A stretch of 64,000 nucleotides of DNA, from contig NW_005434668.1 of NCBI RefSeq assembly GCF_000315625.1, positions 242,938 through 306,937 of the forward strand, written 5' to 3'. The first letter of the stretch is position 1. Every line of letters starts with the position of its first letter. The position numbers and the translations under genes were made by a program. Source of the DNA: Guillardia theta CCMP2712. Lineage: Eukaryota; Protista; Cryptophyta. Below are positions 49,901 to 62,960 of the stretch, piece after piece. The notes under the pieces were generated by a model. The model worked only from the letters and a program-made list of their open reading frames with translations. It was not told the DNA's origin and made no database searches.

Positions 49901-49976
49901 GAGCCTGAATAGAGAATTGAAGACGATTTGGTGTGAACAAAGGTGTTTTGAATTTTGTGGTGGATTTGTCACATGA
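31936..49976 (+). CDS. Giant secreted repeat glycoprotein (~5,940 aa): many ~150-aa beta-sandwich repeats, Cys-rich inserts, CUB-like, FN3-like, IPT/TIG-like and C-terminal Cys-rich regions
   Basis: Signal peptide; four GT-AG introns (39272-39322, 39526-39582, 39668-39716, 42999-43050) join the ORF pieces in frame (17,832 nt = 5,944 codons); recurring QSNPL.GA.N.LTVTL..N.DL..GS.ITISGL unit. In-frame stops at 33451-33468 lie in an anomalous 28-nt patch (see findings). Confidence 0.8.
32923..34889 (+). repeat. 453-bp (151-aa) coding tandem repeat, ~4.3 near-identical GC-rich copies
   Basis: Identical shadow ORFs at 33108, 33561, 34014 and 34467 (period 453). Confidence 0.95.
40091..41361 (+). 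repeat. 465-bp (155-aa) coding tandem repeat, ~2.7 near-identical copies
   Basis: Identical shadow ORFs at 40273, 40738 and 41203 (period 465). Confidence 0.95.
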
Positions 49977-50007
49977 GATCATGTCATTATGATTCTTTTA
50001 TCATTTA

Positions 50008-53000
50008 TTACACAACATCAAAAGTTGCGCTGTCTGCAGATTCCACCGACCAAGCAAAGCTTTCACAAGAAAAATTGATAATGTAACCTTGGAACGGGCC
50101 GGCTATCCCTAAATCAGTGAAAGTATACAACTTTGGAAGATTATTCTCGGCATACGATTGCACAACAGCAAACTTATTTCCAAAAATCATTCCATTTCTT
50201 GAACCGCTACCGATTTTGATCTCAGCAAGTACCTTGCAACATCAATCACCCTGCCCGCCTGACATTCATAAAGAACAAACACCTTTGCAGTTTGATGCGT
50301 TGGGATAGAGTTGTTATGCGAGTCAAGAAATACAACTTGGGGTTGAACGCTGAAAGCAACCTAAAATCGTTGACACGTTCAGCAATCTCGCTATAGTGCA
50401 TGAGACATCACCCCAGATTTGATAACAAGATCATTCGACCAGATCACCTTGATCTTAGTCGGTCCTAAAACTGCAGGAGCATTCAGCAAGTCTCTGAAAG
50501 GGTTCCAAAGTACCTTCGAAGGTCTCGCTGTCTGCAGAGAAGAGGGACGGAGCCGTGAAACGGATCTTGTATGTCATTCTAGGCTGTGAAAAGACTATAT
50601 CTGTGAAGACTGCTATCCCATTCCTTGTGATTGAACTCTTTGACGACAACTCCTAATCCAAGGCGATAAGATTACGTCAAGTCGTCCAGAGTCCCTTATA
50701 CCATTATCTCAGAAGCCCCATAGCCGTCATAGATAATCGCCAGTTGAACGATGACATCGTTGGCTCGTTCAACGACCTGCGCATTGATGTCTGGTTAGTT
50801 CAGATCGCTTGCCACCCTTCTCTTACTCTCGCATCAGAATCATGTATGAAGACGATGGGGGGAGGATAAATTGCTTTGTCGATGAAAAAAGTTCCATTGG
50901 TAAATTGCAGGTAGAGCTTTTGCGCAATACTGGTGACAGAAAACCTCCTTGATTCTGCCATCTGCAAGTCTGCCGACGAAAATCGGAGGAAATAAAAATT
51001 TCCTGGGCTAGTCAAAAGGATTGATATTAGGTAGATGTAATAAAGTGGAAAATTGATTGTACGTGTTGATTTGAATTCGTGTGAACTCAGCCAGTCCGCT
51101 TTGAACTGATGCAACCAAAATGCTGGAGTTTGAAGCTTCTGACTAAGCAAAGATTACACATTCGTTGAAGAAAAATAACAATCAAGTAAAATTACTTTTT
51201 CGATCAGATTCGCGTTTTGCTTGAAAACTTCGACCTTGACTAGAGTATCTTTCCTTGGCCTTAAAAATTCAGAAGTGGCAGAATAACTTATGTTCCAAAT
51301 TCGATTTCCCCCCTCGTCCACGACCTAATTCAAATAGCTGAATGAAATTAACGATCACTCGATAGAATCGAATTACCAGTACAGATGGCCTCGAGTAGAT
51401 GTACTCTCCTGCCATCGCCCCGTAGGGTTCGATGAGAATAGCTAACCTTGACGGACGGCCTGATTGACAAGCTTTGAGCATCAAACTATCCCTTCACTTC
51501 CAAGCAGACCTGTGGTGATAATAACAGGCAAGGAATCGACAGACTTGAGGTTCAGACTTGAGAAGCGAATGGTGTAGTCTTGCCCTGCTCTATCGATGCG
51601 TAGCCCTGCAAAGGAAGCATGGCCATCTTTGACCTGAGAGATTTTCAATGTCTTTCAAGTGGTTGGTCGTGATGCATATTCACCTCTGCAGTCAAAACCT
51701 CGCCTGGCTGCTTCTCGCAAAGTTGGCCGTCAACATCGACTCGACAATCGGGTCTGCTGCTGTTGAAGAACTTTGACAAGATCATTCATACACAGGTACT
51801 TTTCAACGACATGATACCATGAGAAATGACGTTTTGCTTCCTTTGAGTAACTCAGCTCTTATGTGATCTGTCCAGTTTGCAACCACGTTGTAGCCGTCAT
51901 CAACTACTTGAATCTGTTTATAGAGAGTATGACTCCATTTGAAAATCAATGATCCAATAACAGCAACCTCAGGCTGTTGAGAAAACGGATAGCCAGGTGA
52001 ACCCAAATTGGGTTGAACGATGACAAGTAGAGCTTTTGCCAATCCAGTGATTACCTGCTCAGTATTATGCATCATCCCCGCTTGACCGAATTATTCACGC
52101 CGCAATACCGAGAAAGCTGTGGAGGACATTTGAAACCCAGCTCCGTTGGTAGTGAAAAAGTTGAAATAGAATGTTCCAACAGACATAACACGCAAATCCT
52201 TGAAAGACGCTTGCCCGTTGACGTACTCCACCTGCAGAAATCATGAGGATGAAACAGCAAGTAGCGGCAGCTACCATGAGATTCCCTGATAAGGCTGCGG
52301 TGACATCCTTGCCTTTGGAATCCGACAATGAAACATGGAAGTAAGATGATGATGAAATGACGTTGTTCCCTCCCTCGTCCACAATATGCAAGATTGGCTA
52401 ACAATGTCACTATGAAAGGAGTTTGTTAAGTTGAAGTAGGTCTACCTGCTTGCATACTGTTGTTCCTGCAACAAATCCCTGGAGCGAGCAAGGCAGCGGT
52501 TCTTGCAGGAATTTTAAACCATATGGTATGCCAGGATAAACTGTTACAAATATGAGGAAAGATCTCGATGAATTCAAAGATTCGAAACCTGAAAAGATGT
52601 CGGAAACTGCTTCTTTCAATCCATCACAAGACCAAACAATCCGATAACAAGACCCAACAGTCCAGATTCTGACTTGGGAGAAGGTGGCGACACCTGCTAC
52701 TGGTAAAGCTACATCGCAGAGTCAATCGTTTTTCTTTCCTCTTGCAAGATTGAAGTACCGATGTCTTGTGTCTCCATCAACGCTTGGTTGCTTGAGTTCA
52801 GATTGATTCTCACTGGGTATGAATTCCCGCTAAGAGTTTTGATAATATTTCCTCCGGCATCGGCGACACCTTCTTGCTGTCAACATCTTCACAACCTCCT
52901 CAATGTCCACCTGCAGCGCACGAGAACGTCTTGCCTGCCGCAACTGAAATCGGTTGAGAAGAAACGATGAGCTGAACAGCAGATCCCTGCCAGGCGTTCA

Positions 53001-56000
53001 GAGCAACAAGAGACACCTCAGAGTTTGACCTGTTGGACTGTGATGGCGACAACTGCAGGCAAGATCCCATCGGTGATGAAGACGATGGACCACAGGCCCG
53101 GGTTGTCGATGTGAAGGTCTGTGAACCTCACCGCACCTTGATCGAACTGTTGGACTGTCTGCCCCAGCAAGCCGTTGAGCTGAAGACTGATGCAAGTGCT
53201 GGCGCTGGTGCTGCAGCATTGAGGCATCGACCGGCAGATGTCGGGCATGAAGAGCGCTGCTGTCACTGTAGCTACCGAGGCTTCTTGTCGCTGATCCCGG
53301 ATTCGATTGCCTCCTGCATCCACCACAATCACTGCCGGCTGAATTGACAAAGGCTCTCCAGTGCTCGCGGCTGCAGTGATCTGATAGAGATCAATGCGCG
53401 AGGGTGTGTTGATCAGGATGTATATCCACTGTGTCCTTTGAACTATCGAGCCATCACGTAGCCTGCAAAAAAACTGCAGTAAATGTCTTCCAACCTTGTC
53501 GATTCTCAAGTCCGTGTATGTTCCAATTCCCTTTTCAAGTAGAATTGAGGTTGTTCCATAGATCTTTGCATCCGCGTAGTCGTAACCTACGTATCCACAA
53601 CAGCTTTGTGATGAAAGTATCGAGACATTGACAGGGATGGTGTTCTCCACGTCTACGATAACATCGTTGATGTCCATACTGGCAACCTTGGGCTGGATAG
53701 CAAAACTTGCATTGGCAAGATTTTCATTTGAGACGAGTTGCACTAAAGTCAGGCTACGGGCTCCAGCCGAGTCGGAAACATTGAAGTAGTCAGACTTGAG
53801 TTGTGCATCGTAATTGCTGGAGGCAAACAGAAGTTGTGCTTTCACCACACTCGAGGCAGAACTTACCGCCAAGTCTGTGAATGCAGCGACTCCTTTCAAG
53901 AAAGTTGCTGAGCTGGTGCCCACAAGTGTCACATCCGCAGCGGGTTGAGTTAAGAGCAACTGAGCCGTTACCCTCCCTTCATTCACCGGCACCAGGTTCC
54001 CTCCCGCGTCAACGGCCGTCAAGGACGGTTGGATGCGGAAGGGAGCGGAGGATCGGAACCCTTGAGCTGACTGCAGGAAGGCGAGGGAGCTTGGCTCTGA
54101 AGCAGCAGTCACTCTGAACACACCTGATTGTACAGGCTCAAGGAGAGGAGTCGAGAACAGCAGGGTAAATCCGTCTCCCGCAGCCTTGCAGTACAAGTCA
54201 GTGAACTGAGCATATCCATTGACAACCGAGATGTTCGAATTCCCATAGATCAGAAACTGTGACCGAGCTGTCCCTGCTTGTAGGAGCTTACACGACATCC
54301 AGGTTGAGACAGGAACGAGGTTATTATATGAATCTACAAGTGAAAGTCGAGGCTGAACTTTGAAGGAAATTCCCGATAGAATGTCATTCTGTGAAGGCAT
54401 GGACTCTACAGAGATTCGATGTGGATCTGAAGGCAATACGGTGAAATTTGACGAGAGAGCGGAAATCGTCTCATTCAAAGTGAACATGATCCTGAATGTT
54501 TGTCCATTGTTTGTGTTGAGCAAAGACAAGTCCGTGAAGATCGCCAGTCCCTTCACAACAACCACTTGGGTTGTGCCCTGCAATACCGGACAGGACTCAG
54601 GAAGCTTGCATGTCAAGGAAGCATTGACAGAACAAGTTTGAAATGGACACCAAGAAGCTGTGAGATTGTTTGTGTCGATGACTCTGATGACTGGCTGCCT
54701 CACAAACGGTGCTCCTGCTCTCACATACCTCTCTACATTCATCTCCACAGAGAGATTGTAAGGAGCACCAGCCACGTCGAACTGATCTGAGAAGACGGAA
54801 ACAATCTCATCATACGCCCATGAAGAGTCTAACAATCCCTTCTGAGTGGTGAAGGATAGCGAGACATGTTTCTCCTTCCCCATGATCACTATATCAGTGA
54901 ACACAGCCACACCAGCCTCAGTAAGAACTGTTCGATTTGAAAGTGACAATGATACAAGTGTCGATCTCAGTGCGACTGTTATCGGAACTCCTGACAATGC
55001 TACCAGGTTTCCTCCTTTGTCTCGAATGGCCACGGCAGGACTCCTCTGCAGCCTTGCCATGGACATGATTCCGTCAGGTTGTCTGAGCATGCTAATGTCC
55101 CATGCGGTGGAGGGAGTGAGAGTCAACAGGTTTGAAGCGACGGAAATGGCCTCGTCCTCATCCACCGTGAAATTCAGTCGAAAACTTCCGGCGGTGTCAA
55201 CTCGCAAGTCAGTAAAAGCTGCGTATCCGTCTTGAAAGCCAGCAGTCTCTTGCCCCTTGATCGAGATGCTTCTGGACGAGTGATCGATGGTCGCAGTCAC
55301 TTTGACTTGCGCATCCACGCATAGATTCCCAAACTTGTCCTTCAATGCTACTCTAGGTTGAGTCCCTAGCGGCTCCCCTGGTGCAGGAGCAGCTGGCTGT
55401 TGGACAAGGAGGAGGGAGGAAGGGGCCGCAGGTTTCACAAGGAAATGATCTGAGTCAGCGGACGCGAGTGGAAAGCTACTGAATCGCAGGAACAAGCATT
55501 CCCCTGCTATCGTAAGTACCAGACGAGAGAAAAAGACAACTCCGCTCTGAGTGAAGTCAGCAAGAAGGTCGATGAGGTTGTCGTTCTCAGCGCTGATCAC
55601 TGAAGCTGTCACCACGATCGAATCGCTCGACTCGATGAGGTTCGCAAACTTGTCCATGACGGCAACTTTCGGGGGAACTTGGCACTCAGCTCCCACTGAG
55701 CATCTTGCTGGCTGTTGCAGGACCTGCAACCGACTTGATTGACCGTATCGGATCTCGAAAGGTAGTGAAAGAGCCTCCATTGAAACCGACTGAGGTAACC
55801 CCATAGCGACGAACTTGATCAGAACGCACTTGCTCGCCTTGTACACTACAAGGTCTGTGAAGCGAAAGATGCCGTCCTGAGATGAAGGGAAGAAGCGACT
55901 GACTCCTTGAGTTTCATTGTTCTCATAGACAATCGCTTGCAGTAAGGCGTTGGTGCTGACGACCTTCCTTGCCTCGTCCAACATGGCGAGCTGGGGCTGT

Positions 56001-59000
56001 TGGACAAGGGCTACTCCTGCCTCGCCAGACAGTAGGAATGATGAGGGTTGAACGATGACCTCGAGGCTAGACGCGTCCATGGTGACGTCGAAGAAGTCGC
56101 TCGTAATCCCCAGCTCGAGCTCAACTGCCAAAAAGCTTAGCGCAAAGGTCCCGTTCTTGGAAAACATCAGATCTGAGAATTCGAGACTTCCGGCGAAGAA
56201 GGGAAACAGATTGGTTCTGGGGAGAACATCGGACGTGACGTCAACATTTGAAGATGAAAAGACTGTGACTCTCAAGTTTCCCGACGTTTGAATCTTATTC
56301 CCACCTGCGTCACTGACATCCACTATCGGCTGCTCTAGACATTTTTGTTGGGCTACGCATCGACCGATCATACGACGCAATAGGAGTTGTTGAGCATTTC
56401 CCTTGCGAATCTGAAAAGGTTTGGAGAAGGCAATGAGTACTTTGGAATTGTTAATTCCAAAAGCTATGACTAGGTTGTCAGCAGCAATGTTGATTTTGAT
56501 GTTTGAAAACTTTGCAATGCCTTGAATAGATTTGGTAAGGTAAGGAAAATCTCCATCTGAGATACTGGTACCATTCATATACAGATTTGCAGAGACAGTT
56601 GTGTAGAAGTCGTCTTCAACGAGATTGTTGGCTGCATCCACAACTTGTAGAAGGGGTTGGGAGTTGAGAGGATAGCCGGCGACCCAGTCTAGCGGCTCTT
56701 GAACAAGGAGGAGGTTTGAAGCAAGACCGGGCGAGACAACCAACTGACCGACGTCAGACACGATCCACCCACATGTCACGCGGATGATGAAGTTACCAGC
56801 AGCTAGTGACGTGATGCGGAAGGAAGCTTTTCCGTTGACAGACACGTTGTCAAACCTGTTGACCTCCACTGCTTGTTCTCGAGACTGGCGGATGAGAACG
56901 GCACTGATTGCGTAACTTCCGGACGTGGCAACGACCCCGTACTGATCCAGCAGCTCGACAACAAGAGAAGGGGTCATCGTCTCATTGAAGGCAAGGCTTG
57001 TAGGATAAGTGAGGGGCCTTATCTCTACAGGCCCGTGGGACATCTGAAACCATCGGGAAGTGACGGATCGTATGGATTGTGTTGCACTCATAACGGAAAA
57101 TCTCAGGGACATCTTGCAAGGCTGAGCTAGAGAAACATTCGAGTCCTCGAGACTTTGGGGATCAAAGAACCCCTTGTGCTGGGCCTCTATCATCAGACCT
57201 GAGAACTGTAGCCTTCCCATCGTTGTGTTCCGCAAGAGAAATCCAGTCGTCGTCGTCAAAGTCGGCACTGATCCAGCAAAGAAATTGATCCCTGATACTC
57301 TCGGCGCACTGCCCGAGCTGGTACCCAGCACTCGCACAATGACCTTTTGGACCGCCGGAGAGCCTGTGCCGATGGTGAAGATGGAAACGGCCGAAACGTT
57401 CGATTTCTGATCCATCAACGTAGGCGAGTTTGACAAGGTTGAAATGGCAACGGGGGCAGTACCATCGTTTGAAAGCAGTTGGACGCTCGTCAAAGTGATA
57501 TCCCGACCGTTTGCCGTCAGCATGTACTTGATCATCACCTTTCGGATGTGATAAAGAGCCCCCAGATTGAACTTAAGGTCCCACGTCGAGAACAAGGCAG
57601 GCTCATAATACGTCAGATCGTTGTTGTCGACTAGAGGCTGGAATTCAAGGTTCTGGAGGATCCAAGAGATCTGCGGTTGTAGCCAGAAGTAGAAGGAAGT
57701 TCCATTGGTGATGAGCTCTGCAGTGATAGTAAAAATCTGATTGTCCACCACATTGTTGCCGGTATCGACAACGTGAACAATCGGCGGAACATCGAACTCC
57801 TTGGAGTATAGAAGTCCACTAGGCTCCTGGAAGAGGAGGAGCGATGAGGGATCTCCATACATCACCTCCAGCGTAAAGTTGAAGCCCAAGAGGTTTTGAG
57901 ACGCAAAGATGAGGCGAAAATTACCGATTCTCTTGAACAACAAGTCTGTGAAGGAAGCAACTCCAGCGACGAAACTGATCCTGCTGTTTCCAAAGAGCAA
58001 CGTATCTCCATCTCTCAAAGGATTGAAAGCTGACTGATTTAATATTTCTGCATACGCCACAACAGGAGGAGGCCATGATTTGTTCTGGTTGCCATATTTG
58101 TCCACTAAGATGAATGTCGGTTGAGGAGCCATTGCAATACCCGCCTTCGAGACCCGTGGTGGGATAAAGTTTGAAGGAGAAATCGCATATGCTGGACCAG
58201 GAAGAACGTTAAAAGTCCCCGTGAGGACAGTTGGAAGTGAGATATCTATTCCATCCAGGTTGAAAGCAAGAGTAAAGCGGAAGTAATACACGTAGTCTAC
58301 CTCCATTAGTGACACTTCGTTGGAGGCAAGGCCATCATAATCGACTGTTGCGTTCTTGTTGCCTTCGAAAGGCGCTTCTGTGTGAGTTGTGAACTTGATT
58401 CTGAAGAGTGTTGCCTGGACAACAGCCGGACGGCGATCAAACCAACCGAACGGCTCATCATACCTAGCTGACAGTTGAATCAGGAGCTGAATGGGAATGC
58501 CAGCATACAAGGGGAAAGGCAAAGCTTTCACCATATTGATTCTGTACGGATTATATCCCAAGACCATTCGCATTTGTGCCGTCGCTAACGGGTATGACGT
58601 AAAAAGCATGTTTGCTGATCTATCAGCTGTGTATATTCCCAAGTTTGAGTTTTGAAACGCGGATGATCCCTGTATCAGTCGGAATCTCAAAACGTCTTGA
58701 TAGATCTGAGTTAATGTCCCATTTGAGAACCACGATCCGAGCCTGCAAACATCTCTTGGAAAGCAAACTGCCGTAACTTCAAGGGCAGCATTCAGTACAA
58801 GATTTTGTCCAACATCTACTACATGTACTACAGGTTGAAGTTTGAATGGATAGCCAATCCTCAAACCTCTGGCTGGGCTCTTTATCACAATACTCTGAGG
58901 TTTGCCGTATGAAACATGGAACGTTTGAGAGGTAAGCCTTATGTCCTTCAATGTGCTTTGAGAAGGATAGAACGCTATTTCGACTTTCAAAAGATATGTC

Positions 59001-59887
59001 CCAATACGGTCAATGCGCAAGTCCGTGTAATAAAGGACTCCGCACCTTGTCTTTGCCATGAGATTCCCTTGCAAGGTGACAGATTCTGATTGGTTTCCTA
59101 CCGATTCCAAATTAATGGCAACGTCAGCGATTCCCATGCTGGTCTTGCTGTTACTACCAGACAGGGAAATAGCTGGCTGAGGGACCAAAACGTCGCTCAC
59201 AAAACCCATGCAAGGCATTTCCGCAATCGAAATGTTGTTACTTGACATGATTGTCTGGCCTTGCCCTGCCTTCGAATGTATCGTAGAATAGTTGGCACTG
59301 GATAACTCGCAGACTTCTAAAATTCTTGAGAAGACATCCAAGCAGAAATTACATCTTGAATCCTGACACTGCTGCAGTAAGTATGCCTGGTTGCGGCACA
59401 TGCGGTAAACCGTATAATAGCCACTTGAGTCAGGGATACATTCTTGTTCCTTCTGATACAGTACAGAGATTGGCGTCGAAGAGCACGACTCACTCAAATT
59501 CTTTGCATCATTCAAGAAAGTCTTCCGTACGTAGAAGTTGGTGTCCGGTCTCGCGGTCCAAGTGGATTGGCAGCTAGCAGAAGAGAAGTACCCTTCCTGG
59601 GTAGGCGTACACGAACTGATGACAGTTTGCTCGGTTTCACATGACTTGCACGACTCGTTGCAGAATCGTCGTATCACCACTCCCTGCTGACATGTCTCGA
59701 GTAGCCATCTTGCCTCCCTCGACTGATAGCATCGAGAACGAAGGAAGGAGCTCATTCGTACGACACTGGCCATGGAGCAATCAGAGGAAGAGTGCACGAA
59801 GCTTGTGAAGCCAGAAGTAGTCATGTCTTCACTGCCTTCCAAGCACGTGACCAGGATCAGCATCAGCCATATCAACCTCCCCGCCAT
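50008..59887 (-). CDS. Giant secreted protein (~3,000 aa) with tandem invasin/intimin-like Ig repeats and a Cys-rich N-terminus
   Basis: Signal MAGRLIWLMLILVTCLEGS; exon 1 is 59887-53030; recurring unit L...QP....G..L..QP.V.V.D..GN.V...G.A.FTDL.ID..G...L.F, which continues through many short exons to TAA at 50008. Confidence 0.85.
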
Positions 59888-60085
59888 TGCCTTTACTCCC
59901 GCTCAATCGCCCTCGCCTTCTCTTTCCTGCCCAAGATCACAGGTTTCACAACGCACCCGGGTTTGACTTTTTGTTTTAAGCAGGAAAAGTTTTTTTTGGG
60001 CTGTAAAACACTTTGAGAGGCGGGTCAGATGATTCGAAAATGCCTTCCAGGGATGAAAGTTTCAACATGAAGATGATGCCGAATA

Positions 60086-60137
60086 GGAGAGGAGAGGAGA
60101 GGAGAGGAGAGGAGAGGAGAGGAGAGAGAGAGAGGAG
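60086..60137 (+). repeat. (GGAGA)n/(GA)n purine microsatellite in a divergent promoter
   Basis: Seen directly. Confidence 0.9.
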
Positions 60138-60171
60138 AATTATTCCTTGCTGACCCTCCTATGCGCTGCAG

Positions 60172-61008
60172 ATGGAAAACGTTTTGGCGTGCTGCGATTC
60201 TCGGTGCTGCGGTGGAAACTCAAATGCAAACAGCCAAAATGTTGTCCTAACGCAGCAGGGATGCCAACCGCCCATGATAGCCGTTCCTTCTGCAAGGTAA
60301 GATTGGGCGCCCGACCCCAGCATACCGATCTCTCATGGAGTCTGCAGGTTGTGTGGGGTGGGGATCGTGTTTGCTGTTGATATTGAGGGTGCGCTGGAAG
60401 TGGCTTCTGTCATTCCAGGTGGACCAGCGGACGAGTGTGGGCTGATTCAGAGGGGAGAGTGAGTGCTGGAGCTGATGCTTGCTGTGAGCTGATGTTTTGT
60501 CCAGCATTCTTCACAGAGTGAACGACCTGGATGTTTGGTGCAAGTCACCTGAATTCGTTCAGAAACTAGTCGTCGGTCGTGAAGGGACCTCTGTCAGGCT
60601 CGGCTTTTCTCTACAGGTCAAGGAGATGGAGGAGAGCGCAGGATTGTCACTATTGAGAACCAGGGCTCCGAAGACATCGTATATGTGAATTTGAAGAGAT
60701 CACCAGTGAACAATTCAAACAACCAGTCTGATGGTGATGACTCTCACCTCTCTGCATTCCTTTGTCTTTGCCTTCTTTCTTGCCTGATACTTTGGTTTAA
60801 GGCTTCTCAAACAATATACGAAATTCTCGCCTTTCACCATTGCAAGATTGTACGAATCGAATTGTTCCGATTGGATTTGTGGGAGCGTGAAGACCGGCAG
60901 AAAATTGTCACTATTTTTCCATTGTGGATTTGTTACCCCAAAGACATTCATGTTATCTCTGGTTGCTCAGTTAGTTTTCAAAGTTGTTTACATAGATATT
61001 TTTGCTAA
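60172..61008 (+). CDS. Small PDZ-domain protein (3' end uncertain)
   Basis: Spliced reading MENVLACCDSRCCGG...|LCGVGIVFAVDIEGALEVASVIPGGPADECGLIQRG|ILHRVND...VQKLVVGREGTSVRLGF|..VNLKR. Confidence 0.75.
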
Positions 61009-61088
61009 TCTCATTCTGTTTTTTTTCATGGTGATAATTCAATAGAGTGCATGTCAAGAACTTGATTCGTCCATGAATAATTTTGAGC

Positions 61089-62755
61089 TCACAGTTGGTA
61101 CCATTCTGATTTTGTCCTGCTGACAAACTTCAAGGGCCCTGCGACGAACATCGCATTGTCCCACAATCCCGCGGCCTCCAGAGATTTTCTTGGATCTGCT
61201 TTTGGGTCCTGCAAGAGATTGAGATGGACAGAAAGTCAGGTATCAAGGATCAAAAATCCTCAACAGCAGCTACATACCGAGTGCAAGGCATAAGTCGTCG
61301 CCCCGCTGCCAGATAACAAGACAGTGTGGAAACCGTCTTTCTTCAGTGCATCCTTTATCTGACTCAGCTTGGGGAGGATCTGCTGTGAGCGTCACTCGCG
61401 TTCGGAAATTCGATTGGTCCTACGACCTTTTGTGCGGGTGGCTCAAGATCGTTGACACAAACCTCCTGACTGAGCCCTTCCCTGACGAGTCGCTCGCTGT
61501 GGTTCCATGGGAGCATGTAAGTGGAAAGTGCGACCGTAATCTACATCACTCTACCGCAGTGCGACTGGGTCTGGACCATTAAGAGCTTCTCCAGGCTTCA
61601 ATCCCAGAGTCTTATAGACCAGGGGAGTGGGGCAACCCTGAAGCAATCTCAGCTGCTAGCGATCATACCATCCACCACGAGGTAACCTCTTGGGGTTTGA
61701 CGACCCAGAAAGCTCCTTGAGGCGTTTGAAGAGGAGGCGAGACGTTCTCCACAATCTCTCCGCGTCCAGTGCAGTAGGCTGTGCCTTCTGAAAGGAAAAA
61801 TCCCACGTCGCTTCCAAGGAGTTATTGATAACCTGTAAGGAGTTTGAAACGTATACCTCCCGAGCTCGCCTCCCCATTCGATGAGCTGGTTTGTTGAAGC
61901 CGGACTGCCGCACAGCTCGTTTGCAGCCCTGGTTTCATGCTAAGAACAAGACTGAAGGAAGGGGCATCACCATAATGCTGTAGCGCAGTTGCTGCTGCCC
62001 CCTCCCATACCGCCTTCCAAGGGCGTTCGTTTGTCGATCTCACAGTCAAAGAACTTGTTTTGACCCGTTCGTCTCCTGAACCTGCACACGGAGCAGCTCA
62101 GAGCAGAGCTTGCACTGACTGTGGTTCCTCACAAGTTAAATGCCTTCACGATCAAGTTCGACTCGTCCAGGGGAACACTGTCCACGTTGCACCGCAGTAC
62201 ATCTTTCCCCCCCGACTCCTGGGCGAGACGTCACCCGAGGTCTACCTCAGACGTGGAAGTAGGCATGACAGGCACCTCCAAGACTGAGACTTTCAAAGTA
62301 TCTCCAAGGCTGAGAGCCTGGAACACTGACGCCAGCTCATGGAAACCATCATCTCGCTTCTTGGTGATACGCAGGAAGATGTTTGTCTTTGCCGGGCTGA
62401 GAAGGCGTGTCATTGACCGATCATGGTGGTTAGACATCGTCACCTGAAGTATGTCGAAGGTTTTGCCATCATCTGAATCGCTGGGCACATCCACCTCGAG
62501 TTGTAGAGCCTGGAAGGAGTCATTCTTTCGCCTTCACAGTAATTGAAATCTGTCACCCGTTTGCGGCGCTGCGGTCGAGACATCTTCCTGTTCCCGTTAC
62601 AAATCCGAAGAGATCTACCAGTGTGGGATGTCAAACATCACGATCACGTGAACCATGATCCATACCTTTCCCGCTGACCAAGAAAGGACAGAGCGCAAGC
62701 TCTGTAAGGAAAACGAGCTCCAACGAAAGCAGTCTGCCCTGAGACGAGGAGTCAT
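61089..62755 (-). CDS. ispE: 4-diphosphocytidyl-2-C-methyl-D-erythritol kinase (MEP pathway); 5' end uncertain
   Basis: SPAKTNIFLRITKKRDDGFHELASVFQALSLGDTL, KRTPLEGGMGGGSSNCATAL, CTGRGEIVE, LLSGSGATTY; TGA at 61089. Confidence 0.92.
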
Positions 62756-62960
62756 GTATGAGGTATACACACCGCCGCTCGCCTCGCTCGTATCAGGACT
62801 GAGACCACAAGCTCCAACTGAACTTGTCTTGCATGGAATGTTCTTCCCTCCCTCCTTCCCTCCCTCCTCCCCTCTTTTCCCTCACCATTTTCACGGCCTC
62901 CTCGGATCCCAATTTGTATCAGATCCGTAACAAAGTTCTGGGTCGGGGGGGGGGGGAGCA

